DNA of 64,000 nucleotides from Narcine bancroftii (GCF_036971445.1 NC_091479.1:7812001-7876000), one strand, 5' to 3'; counted from the stretch's first letter, positions 12,178 through 24,764 are shown. Numbers and translations: made by a program. The notes: generated by a model from the sequence alone, not told the origin.

Positions 12178-12832
12178 TTTTTTTTAAATAAATTTTTTTT
12201 ATTTTTCACACCATAAATCACATTAGCCATGATATACACTATTTCTTTTTCACACATATACAGTGACTTTTTCTCCCCCCCCCTTTCCTCCCAAACCACC
12301 CCCCCACCCCCCCTCTCATCCATTTTAGGTATACAATCTAGGTTGCATTAAGCCAGTCAGACAATGTTGTCATTCAACAAAATTACACCAGAAATTCTAC
12401 TGAGTCCATTCTTTTCTTTCCTTCTCCTTCCATCAACTTAGGTAATGTTTGTCCCCGGTAGGTTTTCGCTATTGTATTTAATGTAAGGCTCCTATACTTG
12501 TTCGAATATTTCAATATTATTTCTTAACCAATATGTTATTTTTTTTCTAATGGAATACATTTATTCATTTAAATTTGGTAGTTTCTTCCTTTTAATTTGG
12601 TTATGTATTCCATTAATATTTAAAGACATATAGTTCAGCGTAGCCCTTTTATATTTTGTTTATCTTCTCTTTCCGTTTTTCCATCATTACCTTTCCTCCT
12701 TTTCCATTTCTGTTTTCTTATTTTCAACTCTTTATAAGACAACATTCCTACAACATCTAACATTTTCCTTATTCTCCTATTTCTATCTTATTTATCCCCA
12801 ATCTCCCCTTCACCTCCTGAGTTGTCCTTTAT
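12178..12832 (-). mobile_element. L1-clade derivative with poly(A) tail and internal ORF2 deletion
   Basis: 15-bp TSD TGTAATATGACCTTT (12163-12177, 12833-12847) and a poly(A) tail. ORF2 N-terminus SLNINGIHNQIKRKK is joined to C-terminal PLEK..Y..F...EPY. Confidence 0.8.
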
Positions 12833-13969
12833 TGTAATATGACCTTTGAGGTCTGACACAATAGGATAACCCAGCTCTTCTGTCGCTGATGGTTGAGAAA
12901 GTCCCAGTATTGATGTGGGAGAGTCCTGGTTGGGCCCAGTCAGAACCTTGTGTCTGATTCTCAGCCCAATATTGGGAAATGTCACTAAGATATTTGTCAG
13001 CCTGGAGAGGAACAGAGCAGTCAGTTGTCCAGAGAATAGAAAAGACTTGAGAAGATTTCCCAAACATAATGTTGACTGACTACATTTAACCCATGGACGT
13101 TGGCAGACCAGGTTCTCCCATGGACAATGCCTGATCCACTGCTTCCCTTGGTTCACACTGAATCCCTTATGGCTGTTCGCTTGGAGTAGAAATGGATAAG
13201 GGGAGATTCGACAGAGCCACTGAAATTGGCTGGGGAGATAAGGAAGAATTGTGTCCGGTGACCCTAGGGATACTCAGCTGAGGCAGAAAGGAGAAGATTT
13301 TGTGTAGCAAGTTGTTTTTGTCTGAAAGTGTTGCTTGGCATGGAGGTTCAAGTTTATTATCATCTGACAACCAGACTAAACAGCATTTCTCCGGTCAATG
13401 GAGCACCACATAATAAACACATATACTTAAAAATATAAAATAAATATTCCAGAATATTTAAAAAGTGCAGGTGGATGAAGATTTTTTAAATTTAAATTTA
13501 GACATACATGACAGGACCTTCCAGCCCACAAGCTTGCTGCCCAATTTCACCTACTGACCTGCAACCGCCGGTACATTTTGACTAGGGGAAAGTGTGCAGG
13601 GCAAATGCATGGCATGGAGAGAGAAGGGATGAGGGGCTGAATGATTCTGGTCTCATTCTGCTCTCAGCTCACAGCTCAGTCCATTACACACCCCTTCCCC
13701 TCCCCTCCGTCTGCATTTCCTGCTGCACACTGAAAAGCAGCCAACACGTTAAAAGATTTGCCCCCCTTACGCTCTCCATCCCACTCCTGTCAGGTTCAAG
13801 GTCAGGTTCTTTCTTGCTGTTATCCATATCCTGAATGAATCTCACTTCTGTGAGATTACACTGCCTTTGTTCTGGACCAACTGATCTCTCTCCATAACCC
13901 TGCATTCTGTTTTTACCTGCTGTACTTTGTATGAGTTAACTAGCTGTACTACTAACAAAATGGACTTTC

Positions 13970-15850
13970 TTATAGAAACATATAAAATAGGTGTAGGAGG
14001 AGGCCATTTGGCCCTTCAAGCCTACACCACCATTCATTATGATCATGGCTGATCAGTACCCAGTTCCTGCCTTCTCTCCATACCCCCTAATCCCCTTGGT
14101 CACAAGGGCCAAATCTAACCTACACATAAATATTGACAGGGAACCGGCATCAACTACTTCCTGTGGCAAAGAATTCCACACATTTACCACTCTATGAGAG
14201 AAGGAATTTTTCCTCATCTCAGTCCTAAAAAACTTCCCCTTTATCTTTAAACTATGGCCCCTGGTTCTGATTTTTCCTGTGTCTAGTCTGTCTAAACCAT
14301 TAAGAATTTTAAAGTTTCTAGTAGATTCCCCCTCAATCTTCTAAATTCCAGAGAATACAAGCCTAGTCTATCCAACCTCTCTTCATCCCCAGTATCAGCC
14401 TAGTGAACCTTCTCTGCACCCCCTCCATGGCGAGGATGTCCTTCCTCAGATAAGGCGACCAAGACTGCACGCAGTACTCCAGGTGTGGTCTCACCAAGGC
14501 CCTGTACAGGTGTAGCAGGATCTCCCTACTCCTGTACTCAAATCCTCTCGCTATGAACGCCAACATACCATTCGCCCTCCTCTCCGCCTGCTGCATCTGC
14601 AGGCCCACTTTCAACGACTGATGCACAGCAACACCCAAGTCTCGCTGCATCTCCCCTTTTCCTAAACAGATACCATTTAGATAATAGTCCTCTTTCCTGT
14701 TCTTACCTCCAAAGTGGATAACCTCACACTTATCCACATTAAACTGCATCTGCCACGTCCTGGCCCACTCGCCTAACTTGTCCAAATCACCCTGCCCTCT
14801 CCCAGCATCCTCCACACAGCTAACTCTGCCACCCAACTTCGTATCGTCTGCAAATTTCGAGATACTGCTACCTATTCCCACATCTAAGTCATTGATATAT
14901 ATCGTAAACAACTGCGGCCCCAGCACTGAGCCCTGTGGTTCCCCACTAGTTACTGGCTGCCATTCTGAAAAGAACCCATTTATTCCTACTCTTTGCTTCC
15001 TGTCCCTCAACCAATTCTCTATCCACCTTAATACCATACCTCCTATACTGTGCTCTTTAAGTTTATACGCTAGTCTTCTGTGCGGAACCTTATCAAACGC
15101 CTTACTAAAGTCCAGATATACCACATCCACTGGTTATCCCCTCTCCACTCTACTGGTTACATCCTCAAAAAACTCTATTAGATTCGTCAGACATGATTTC
15201 CCCTTCACAAAACCATGCTGACTCTGTGAGATGATACGACTTTCCAAATGTACTGCAATTGCATCGTTAATAACCGATTCTAGCACGTTCCCTACTACCG
15301 ATGTCAGACTAACTGGTCTGTAGTTTCCTGATTTCTCTCTCCCTCCCTTCTTAAAGAGTGGGGTTACTTTGGCCACTCTCCAATCCTCAGGAACTAATCC
15401 AGTATCCAAGGAGGTTTGAAACATTATCACCAACGCATCCTCTATTTCCTGGGCTACTTACTTCAGCACTCTCGGTTGCAGACTATCCGGCCCCAAGGAT
15501 TTATCCGCCTTTAATCCCTGCAATTTAACTAATACAACTTCACAACTTACAATTATTTCCTTTAGTCCCTCCGTCACAATAGATCCCTGATCCTCAATAA
15601 TTTCCTGTAGATTAGTTATGTCTTCCTTGGTGAAGACAAAACTAAAATAGTCATTCAAACAGTCTGCCATACCCTTGTTCCCCATGATCAACTCACCCGT
15701 TTCTATCCGCGACGGACCCACATTTGTCTTAACTAACCTCTTTCTCTTAACGTATCTGTAAAAGCTTTTACAGTCATTTTTTATGTTCCCTTCCAGCTTC
15801 CTCTCATAATCCCTTTTACCTTTCCTAATTAATCCTCTTGTCCTCCTGTC
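13970..15850 (-). mobile_element. CR1-clade LINE, 5'-truncated
   Basis: NYRPVSLTSVVG, YLDFSKAFDKVPH, QGSVLGP, FADDTK, RPHLEYC; in-frame stops. Confidence 0.95.
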
Positions 15851-15982
15851 ACTGCATTCTCAGTACACGTGACAATAAACTTGAACTTGAGCAGCACGTC
15901 CACTTTCTGACGGTGAAGGCGGTGGAGGGAGGAGTGTGTGAGGTACAGTGGGTGAGGATCACTCTCTAATCCCCTCTGGCAG

Positions 15983-16130
15983 GTGGTGTTCAGCGCTGAT
16001 CAGCTGTCCTACTTCACTAACGTCCAGGCCTCTGCTGTGACCATGGGACAGTACGAGAAGCTAAGTCTGGAGCAGAGGCGAGCTCTCAGTGCTGCGCAGT
16101 ATGATGGCGAGCTTCACCAGGAACAGAGGG
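15983..16130 (+). CDS. STRC: Stereocilin coding exon 9 in window
   Basis: ggcAG/GTATGT; VVFSADQLSYFTNVQASAVTMGQYEKLSLEQRRALSAAQYDGELHQEQR. Confidence 0.94.
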
Positions 16131-16261
16131 GTATGTGTGCTAAAACCTATGGGCAACACAGTCACAGCTTTTTAAAAAAAAATCAAAATAAAATACTTTA
16201 TTCAACATCATTTATTTACAAAAGGATCACCATTCACTGTTCTTCCCCCCCTTAGTTTCAT

Positions 16262-16490
16262 ATGGGCGGCACGTTAGCTCAAAACCGTTACAGGCGCCAG
16301 TGATCGGGACCTGGATTCGAATTCTGTGCTGTCTGTAAGGAGTTCGTGCATTTTCCCCAGGGACTCTGGTTTCCTCCCTTCATTCGAAACTTACCAGGGG
16401 TTATAAGTTAATTGGGTGTATTTGGGCGGCATATGCTCATGGGCCGAAAGGGCCTGTTTCCGTGCTGAGTGTCTAAATTTAAATTTGTAT
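16262..16490 (+). mobile_element. V-domain SINE family with TCTAAATTTAAA tail. Copies at about 6560-6790 (+), 6830-7000 (-), 16900-17110 (-), 28140-28330 (-), 29790-30010 (-), 31320-31475 (-), 32345-32555 (-), 40945-41130 (-), 52340-52410 (+), 63890-64000 (+).
   Basis: tRNA-like head with GG.TTCGAA, the core GGAGTTTGTACGTTCTCCC..GGTTTCCTCCC and a shared tail. Confidence 0.85.
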
Positions 16491-17706
16491 CCAGACATTT
16501 CCATCACTGTACATTGTTACATTCATTTCTATTTGGTAGAATTGACACCATTGTAGCACCTTGCCATTAGTCCTCACTGTTTATTGAGGGGCTTCCCCTC
16601 AGTCACAGCCCCTCAATACTTGGTAACAGAAGTACTCTAGACTGTGGTCAGTCCAGCATTCATTACCCAGCCTGAATTAGGGGGTGAGCCACCTTATTGA
16701 ACCACTGCAGTCTGTCCAGGCAGGAGTTGCAGGAGCCTTGGAGGTCGCTGGGGTACCTGCTGCCCTTATCATCTTTGAGGCTATGGGTCAAGCAATGACT
16801 GTGGGAATATCTGGATATCTCTATGGCGTTTGAAAGGAGCTGGTCCACAAGTTGCTACCTGGGTATGTCTCCGGTGTGGGCACTTGTTTTCAAGTCTTCT
16901 TTTTTTTAGACATACAGCACTGGAACAGGCCATTTCGTCCCAAGAGTCCATGCCGCCAAATTTACTTCCCATTAACTTACACTCCCGGTACTTTTTGAAC
17001 AGTGGGAGGAAACCGGAGCCCCCAGAGAAAACCCACTCAAACACAGGGAGAACGTACAAACTCCTTATAGATGGCACTGTAAAAGCAATGTACTAACTTA
17101 CTATGCCAACCGTGTTTCTGGGGCTTCAGTCTGGGTCCACTGGTTGTCAAGTTTCTGGTGCCACAAGCAAGGGAAAACCAACCAGGAATCTGGCCTCTGT
17201 GTCCTGGGATTGTAGAACACCGGATTTGCTTGCAAAATGCCAGCTGTTGATCAACTATTGCAGTAAGCAGCACTCAGCTCCAGCAACCCCTGCTCGATTC
17301 TGACCTCTGGAGCTGTCTTTGTGAAGTTTGCATGTTTTCCCTATGTCTGAATGGGTTTTCCCAAAGCAGGGGGGGGGGGCGGGTTGTCCAGTTTCCTCCC
17401 ACTTCCCAAAGATGTGCAGGCTGGTAGGTTATTAGCCGCAAGGCTTCCCTCAGTGCAGGTGGCTGAGAAAGTCAAGAGGGTGTTAATGAGCATGTGAAAG
17501 GGAATAGGTTTCAGGGAATGAAAGCTGGAACGACCTTGATGGGCTGAACAACCTCCTTCACCCTCATGAGATGGACAGGGCATAACTGAGTCTTGGTTCC
17601 AGACTCACTTGCCTGGAGGCCTTTCTAAGGCGATACTGTGGCTGTGCTTTTTAAGAGAGGAAAGATGTGTATTTAAACTAAATGCTACTTCTCTTTAAAC
17701 TTGCAG

Positions 17707-17786
17707 GCAAGAATACTGCTGCTTCGTTCAAACTCTTTGTCCCCTACCTGGGCCTCTCAGTGACCTACAGTCTTGGGGCTGGTTAG
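17707..17786 (+). CDS. STRC: Stereocilin terminal coding exon
   Basis: ttgcAG acceptor, phase 1 fits; GKNTAASFKLFVPYLGLSVTYSLGAG-TAG, a short hydrophobic tail like the human last exon. Confidence 0.85.
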
Positions 17787-17842
17787 ACTGTCAATGGATT
17801 TATGCTGGATTTAGATTTAGATTTCTTTTGTACTAAATAATG

Positions 17843-17848
17843 AATAAA
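17843..17848 (+). terminator. Candidate STRC polyadenylation signal
   Basis: AATAAA 57 nt after the stop codon, with GT-rich sequence downstream. Confidence 0.6.
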
Positions 17849-18584
17849 ATTTAGGCTGGAATGCTCCAGGTGGTTGGTTGTATTTCAGTATAATCTGATG
17901 CAGAAAATTAAGACTTCAGCATTTAAATTGGTATCCTGTTTATTCTCAACGGATGCTGTTGGAATGTGTTGTTTTCCCCAGAATGATTCCTGCTTTTAAT
18001 TCCAGCACCAAAGGCTGTTTTTGTTCTTGCTGTATTTGCAGCACGTGTGTCTGTGTGTGTCTCTCTCTCTCTGTGTTTGTGTCTCTACGTCTGTATCTCT
18101 GTTTGTCTGCGTGACTGCCTATGTGTGTGTCTGCATGTGTATTGAGTGTAAGTATTTGAGTTGTTTCTCCATTTTCTCCATTGATCTGAATGGGAAGGGT
18201 CAACACGTTTTTGACCATCATGAAACATAATTACACCGTTCAAGAAAATGAGACATAATTACCAGATGGAAATGCTGAGTGGATCATTCAGTGCCTGAAA
18301 TGAAGTAGGCGACATTTCAGGGAGATGATGACCCCACAGCATGGGGAAACCAACCACCCTCGAAGAATTATGTACATTTCAACAAGACGTTACAGAAATT
18401 GGAAAGGAGGAGCTGGCAGCTTTAAAACAGAGGACGAGAATTAAAAGGACAGGAGCAAGAATTTGCCTGGGTATCTTGCCAACAGCCAACTTGCCTGGTC
18501 TTGGATAAAACTATCAACAATGGGGTCTTGGTTCTGATTGATACTCCTTGTCAAATGCAGATGTTGTGGGATAGGGTCAAATTC

Positions 18585-18958
18585 CAGTGGTTCTCGACCT
18601 TTTTTTTCCACTCACGTACCATGTTAAGTAATCCTTTACTAACCATAGAGCACCTAAAGTAACTCTACAAAGTGAAGGGAGGAAAGTTTAGGGGAGACAT
18701 CAGGGGTAAATTTTTTTTTTTTACACAGAGAGATGTGGGTGCCTGGAATGCCTTGCTGGGGGTGGTGGTGGAGGCTGGAACAATGGGGTATTTAAGAGAC
18801 TCTTAAACAGGCACATGGATGAACTAAAAAGAGCGTTACAAGGTCGGGAGGGTTTAGATATCTTTATTGTGGGAATATATAGGTTGACACAACATTGAGG
18901 GCCAAATGGTCTGTATTATGCTGCAATGTTCTCTGTTCAAAAAGGTTGAGAACCACTG
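18585..18958. mobile_element. Same hAT MITE family, interrupted by a CR1 3' fragment
   Basis: CAGTGGTTCTCGACC ... GGTTGAGAACCACTG termini. Confidence 0.75.
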
Positions 18959-21899
18959 ATCAGATCGGTTGTGATTCTCTCCAGGGCCAAATCCTCACTT
19001 CATAAAATGGAGATCAACAAGAAGTCAACTTCGGCCTTACTCTGGGATCAAGGAGATCTCCTGCTCATGGTTTAAGTTGCATGAGGCCAGGCTTTGGGCT
19101 TGGATTCTTGTTGACAGAAGCCTCTGTCTCCCAACAGGAAATACTAGACACAAACAACCCCTCTCCGATGGGAGGGCAGGGCGCCTCCTGGAACAGGACA
19201 ACATTCTAGAGACAGGCTCAGATAAACATCTGAGAAGACGAGAGTATACAAACCAAGACTAGCACGCTCCCAAAGAGGCCCACTCACACATACCCTCACG
19301 CCGCTCTCTTGCACACACATGTGTGAATGGACAAGATGAGCACACACCTTCCCCGACCCTGTCGGTGTTATCAGGTTAACCAATCACATCTCTCCCCCCT
19401 TGTTCACTTCACCCAGAAGCGGGTCCTTTGTTCTTTTTTCCTAAATCTATCCTCTGTCCTTTCAAAATGTATTGATCGAGCATCAAGACAACTTGGTACA
19501 CATTATACAGATGTACACCGTGCACCTGGTTACATTTTTTTGACAGAAAAACCAACACAAATGTTCGCGAACACCCTCAGATACACACCTGGCCCCTTTG
19601 CTGACAATATCATTGGTATATTACCCATTGTACCGGTCGGTACACCCTCTGAAAGTGTTCGTAATTTACAGAAATAACACACAAAGGGTTGCCATTTGTG
19701 GGGGAAAAACATTCCGGTGGGCCCTCTTCATGTGTATTTGATTTTCTCCAGTTAAATAAAGAAACTGATGTCCTTAATCCGTTGTGTAATAGAGGGACCC
19801 CAGTAGTGTAACACAATTAGATGCTTGGCTATTAGGGATGTAAATGCTATCGCTGCAGGGAATTTATGGAAAGTTCACAGAGATTCCAAATATTGTTTGG
19901 CTACAAATTGACTTTAAATGTTACAGATAGTGAGCTGAAAAGTCCGCTGCGGAACCCTTGTATTTTGGGGCACTGACAGAATACATATCCTGCGTGGCAA
20001 GGGGACCCATTACATTGATTGCATTTGTCCTCTATTTCAGGATAAATGGCTAGCAGGTCCCTTGTTCATAAACTGCAACCTGACCCCAGACTGAAATGCT
20101 GTGTAATAGAGGGGCTGGGAGTGTTGAAGGAAGCGAGGCGTCTGGTCAGATTTACTTTAAAACCACCACTCTCCACAGTCAGCTGCTCCCTCCGCTCCCC
20201 TCTGGAGCCAATGGATTAATAACAACAATTAGCGGGATTGCCTTAAGGCATCAGTGGAATGCAACAGGGAAATAAGAACTCCCGAAATTTAACCCCCTCA
20301 TTGCTGCTTCGGCTTCTTCCATTGTTCCTTGATCCCTTTCACAGGAACCCTTCCCTTTCTCCCGTGCTTCTCCCTGCCATCTTTCCATGTGGCTCCTCTT
20401 GTGGTCACTCTTTTAGGATAATTCCTTGTCCTCGCCCCACGTTGATCCTTTTCCTTCATCCCTCTGTCTGCTTGCCCCTGTTGACTCTGTGTCTTCCCCC
20501 TCCTCTGCTGTGTTCTCCCTTCACCTGCCCTCTCTCCACCCATACTCTCCCTCCACCCTTGCTCTGGTGATGTGCGCAAAAGGAAGCTCGAATGCCGGAG
20601 GGACTGGGCCGATTCGACAAAAGAGCACGGGGTCAGAGGCAGGAAAAGCTCTGCTTCCTTTACAAGGAGCAGAGCAATTTGGACCCAGTCACCGTCACCC
20701 CAGAAGTAGGCGCTCGCTCTCCGAGGACAGAGCACCGATGGCCCTGCGTGGAGCAACAGAGAGGCTGCAGCAGAAATCCCAGTTCGTCTGAGGCGAGAAT
20801 GGAGCCAGCAGTTTCCTCCGCTGTGAGAAGTGCAATTTACTTTTGCCAGGGGTTGTGGAACAGAGTTGGTCAGAACACAAGATAGTTTGGTAGTTGAGTG
20901 AACCCTTTTCAAGGCAGTGTAAGATTTGGTTTTGAGTGCCTTGCAGGTCTGTGCAGGTATGTGTTTAACTAACATCACTGTGCGCCAGGGGCAGCAAGAG
21001 GCATCAGTTCAACTAACATTCAGTGGAAACTTCCCCAATTTTGTGTTTTGTAATGATCAGGCCGGTGGGGGGAGGGGGGGTGGAGCTCTGATGTTGTCCC
21101 ACAGTCGCCTTAAGACAAGAGGGCACAACTTCAGGATTGAAGGGCGTCTGCTTAGAACACAGATAGAATGGAGGAATTTCTTCAGCCACAGGGAGGTAAA
21201 TCTGTGGAATTTGTTGCCACAGGCAGTTATGGAGGCCAGGTCACTGGATGTATTTAAGACAGAGATTGATATGTTCTTGATTAGCCAGGGCATCAAAGGT
21301 TATGGGGAGAAGGCTGGGCAGGGGGGCTGAGTGGGGAAAATGGATCAGCTCATGATTAAATGGCGAGGCAGACTTGATGGGCTGAATGACCTTTTTCTGT
21401 TCCTATGTCTCACTGTGTAGATGGCAAGTCATGTGCTCAAATCCCTCGTCATTGTCAATAACGTTCAGGCTGGTGGCTCACTCATCACACTGGTGCAGTT
21501 GTCTGCCACTGGACGTGCAAAAAAGTACAGGCCCTTTGACCCTTTGTGCCGCTCGATGTAAACTTAGTTCAACAAAACTGGGTGAAGGGACCAGAGAAAT
21601 AAAATGACCAGATTGTCCAGGAGCTATCAGGATAGCATCAGTCTGCCAGACCCGCATCTACCATTCCCAATTGACATCTCAGATCTGCTCCCACCTTTAA
21701 ATCCTGGGGCATTTATCGACATCAACAAAACTAAACCTGTTTGGGTGGGCTACAGGAGAACATTCTGCCTCCCAACCTTTAGTTCAGCGCCCGGCTCTTG
21801 TTTAAGCTTTGACCTGTCTGACACAACCTGGAATAAGAGCAGTTGAGGCAGTGAATTCTTACTTCACTTTCAACCACGTGATGGCCCAGCCAGAGCTTT

Positions 21900-22510
21900 G
21901 TGCGGCTGGGAATCCAGATACATAATTCCCTGAAAGTGGCGTCACAGGTGGAAAGGGTTGTAAAGAGAGCTTTTGGCATATTGGCCTTCATAAATCAAAT
22001 CATTAAGCAGAGGTGTTGGGATGTTATGGTAAAGTTGTACAAGACATTGGTGAGACCAAATTTGGAGTATTGTGTGCAGTTTTGGTCACCGAACTGCAGG
22101 AAAGAACAATAAGATAGAGAGAGTGCAGAAAAGACTTACTAGAATGTTGCCAGGACTTCAGGAACCGAATTACATGGAAAAGGTTAAACAGGTTCAGACT
22201 TTATTTCCTGAAGCGTAGAAGAATGAGGGGAGATTTGATATTTAAAATTATGAAGGGAATAGACAGAATAAATGCAGGTAGGTTTTTTTTCCACCGAGGG
22301 AAGGTGAGAGACAAACCAGAGGACATGGGTTAAGGGTGAAAGGGGAACTTCTGGTGGGGGTGTGGAAGGAGCTGCCAGCTGAAGTGGTGAAGGCAGACTC
22401 AATTTTAACATTTAAGAAGAATTTGGAGATGGATGGGAGAGGTACGGACTGAGTGCAGGTCTGTGGGACTGGGTGGACTCGCAGGGCTCTATGCTGTAAT
22501 GTTGTGTGGT
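21900..22510 (+). mobile_element. CR1 LINE 3' fragment
   Basis: LYKTLVRPNLEYCVQFWSP plus a CR1-type tail. Confidence 0.85.
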
Positions 22511-22629
22511 TCTCTGGAGAGGGGGGGCATTTCTTCCCCCCTCCCCCCTTTACACATTTTCTTCTGGTTTGATTTTCGGTTTCTGGGCTGGCTGGGAAGA
22601 TGTTCATGCATTTGGGGGGGGGAGAGAGG

Positions 22630-23015
22630 AGGAGTAGAGTGGTGTGGAGTGAAGTGGAATGGAGTGAAGTGGAGTGGAGTGGAGTGGAGTGAAGTGGAGT
22701 GCTCCCATCCTGCTGTTACACCAGGACCACCTCGGATTCCAGAGCTGATGGGCCCACTCTTCCCACAGGAATCCCCGCTCATCCATGTTTCTTTGCTCCT
22801 CTCAGAGCTTGCCCTGAATCTTCTCCCCTCCTCCCCACCCCCCCTCCCCCCCCTCCTCCCCTCCCCCCCTTTCCCCCCCCTCCCTACCCCCCTCCCCCCT
22901 CCCCCCTCCCCCCTCCCCTCCCCTCCCCACCCCCCCCTTTCCCCCCCTCCCTACCCCCCTCCCCCCTCCCCTCCCCTCCCCCCTCCCCTCCTCCCCCCCC
23001 TCTCCCCCCACCCCG
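22630..23015. repeat. (GGAGT)n microsatellite followed by a C-rich tract of about 190 nt
   Basis: Pentamer repeats at 22630-22700; almost pure C/T runs at 22822-23015. Confidence 0.9.
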
Positions 23016-23068
23016 GAGGCCGGCTCCCATGGGCCTCCCGGCGCCGAGAGGAAGGCTGCCCTGGGAAC

Positions 23069-24175
23069 ATGGACGGGATCCCGGGGGCCCAGGCCCAGGC
23101 CCAGGCCCAGGCCCAGGCTCAGGCTCAGGCCTACCTGCCCATCCTCGCCCTGGGGCTCTCCCCTCAACGTCGCCGTGCTGCTGCTGCTCTCCAGGAGCGT
23201 CCCCAACGCGTTCGTGGCGTCGCTGGGCCGCTCGCGCGGGGCCTCCCGCCCGTCGTCATGGTGACCGTGACGCGGGCCTGGCCCCTGGGCGCCGCCTCCT
23301 GCCAGCTCGCGGCCTTCGGCCCTTGGCGCTCACCGTCACCAGGGCGGGGGGGAGGTGATCGCGTTCTCGTGGTGGGCCGGCTGTTGGGCGTCGGCCCCTT
23401 CCAAGGCCTTGCGTGACTCCATTTGGACAGGTGGAGGGCCCGGCCTGGCCTCCAGCATCTCCCTTTACACCTGCGTGGACCTGTCCTATTACTTCATCTA
23501 GCGAGTCACCCGGGACCACCAGCAGCCTGGCCTCTGGACACCAGGGCAAGGTGGTCCCCTCACAGCCCAAGCCCCTCCGTCTGCTGCGGGGCAGCCCCCC
23601 CCCCTCCGCGCAGAGGGGCCAGCCTCGCGTCCTCCAACTCCGCGTTCGCCCCGGGCCTGGCGAGGGAATCCAGGACGGCCAAGACCATCCTCGGGGTGGT
23701 CGCCACCTTCCTCCTCACCTGGCTGCCCTACTTCGGCCCCGACTCCCCCACCCCCCACCCCGAGAGCGACTCCATCCAGACGTTGGACTTCCTCGTCACC
23801 TGGCTGACCTTCACCAACTGCGTCCTGGATCCGGTCCTCTATGCTCTGCTGAACCGACAGTTCAGGCGCCATGCCAAGGGTTGGTTGGGCTGGTGGTTCA
23901 GAGTGTCTGCTCAGAAGGCCCCAGCGGAGATCCAAACACCAGCTGGCCAGCACAGATCTCGAAACGCAAGGAGAGCCAACGCTGAAACCAAGGTTGGAGC
24001 CAACGCACCTGCCTTCCTCTTCCCTCAAGGTAGTCTTTCGCCCCCGTGCTCTGTTCATTGTGGAGAGCAGGGGAGGTTCAGTCTCAGACAGACGATCCCA
24101 CTCTTCACACTTGGGAGCCCAGTGGGACCAGCAATTCAGTGCACAACCTCGGGGTCAGAAGCAGGGAGGAGATGA
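23069..24175 (+). pseudogene. Disrupted class A orphan GPCR, GPR161/GPR101-like
   Basis: Motifs are spread over several frames: TM1-2 LNVAVLLLLSRSVPNAFVASL; ECL1 LPPVVMVTVTRAWPLGAASCQL; DRV; TM5 end SYYFI*RVTR (TAG 23499-23501); TM6 AKTILGVVATFLLTWLPYF; TM7 WLTFTNCVLDPVLYALLNRQFRR. There are multiple frameshifts and the TM4-ECL2-TM5 region is too short. Confidence 0.8.
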
Positions 24176-24764
24176 AACATTGCAGCTATGAAGTTAGAGG
24201 GGCAAAATCAGGCTACTGCCCAGAATAAACAAGGTTAGGTGCCAAATGCAAGCAATTGGGACTTAGCTTGGGTAGATCACTGGAGAGGGGATGGAAGTGG
24301 GCAATATCACAACAAGTGAAAAGAAGCCAAAAGTACACGTGGGGTGAAAGTTGACTCTGAGTCTGTCAGGACTCTACTCAGTTTCCAAAAGTCAAGGGGA
24401 TAGAATCAACAAGGTATGGTTTGCAGGCCCACAGGGAAGGAGCGGTTGGAATGGGACAGGCAGGATTACTCTAGATAGGAACATCACTGACAAGAGTAGA
24501 GGAAAGATCATTTCCTTCAGCACCACATTCTCACCCTAACTCCATGATTCCTTTAATTACTTGCAATCTCTATCTTGAATCTCCTCGGTGATTAAAGGAT
24601 TCACCCCACACTGGTTAAAGACGTTTCTTGTCTGTCTCAGTCCTGATTGGCCGATTCCTTATTTTTGGGAATGTGACCATGGTTTTACTTTTCAATAAAA
24701 TCAGGCCAGATTCGAGAGAGTGTCGGGCAGGCCCAAAGAGGTCCTCTCTCTAAATGCAACAAGC

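Noticed and set aside
16262-16335. tRNA gene (GG.TTCGAA B-box motifs here and elsewhere)
   Set aside because: These are SINE heads followed by V-domain and LINE-like tails, with no complete cloverleaf.
22433-23416. 327-aa proline-rich ORF and overlapping ORFs
   Set aside because: Artefact of stop-poor C-rich and microsatellite sequence; only short parts belong to the GPCR remnant.
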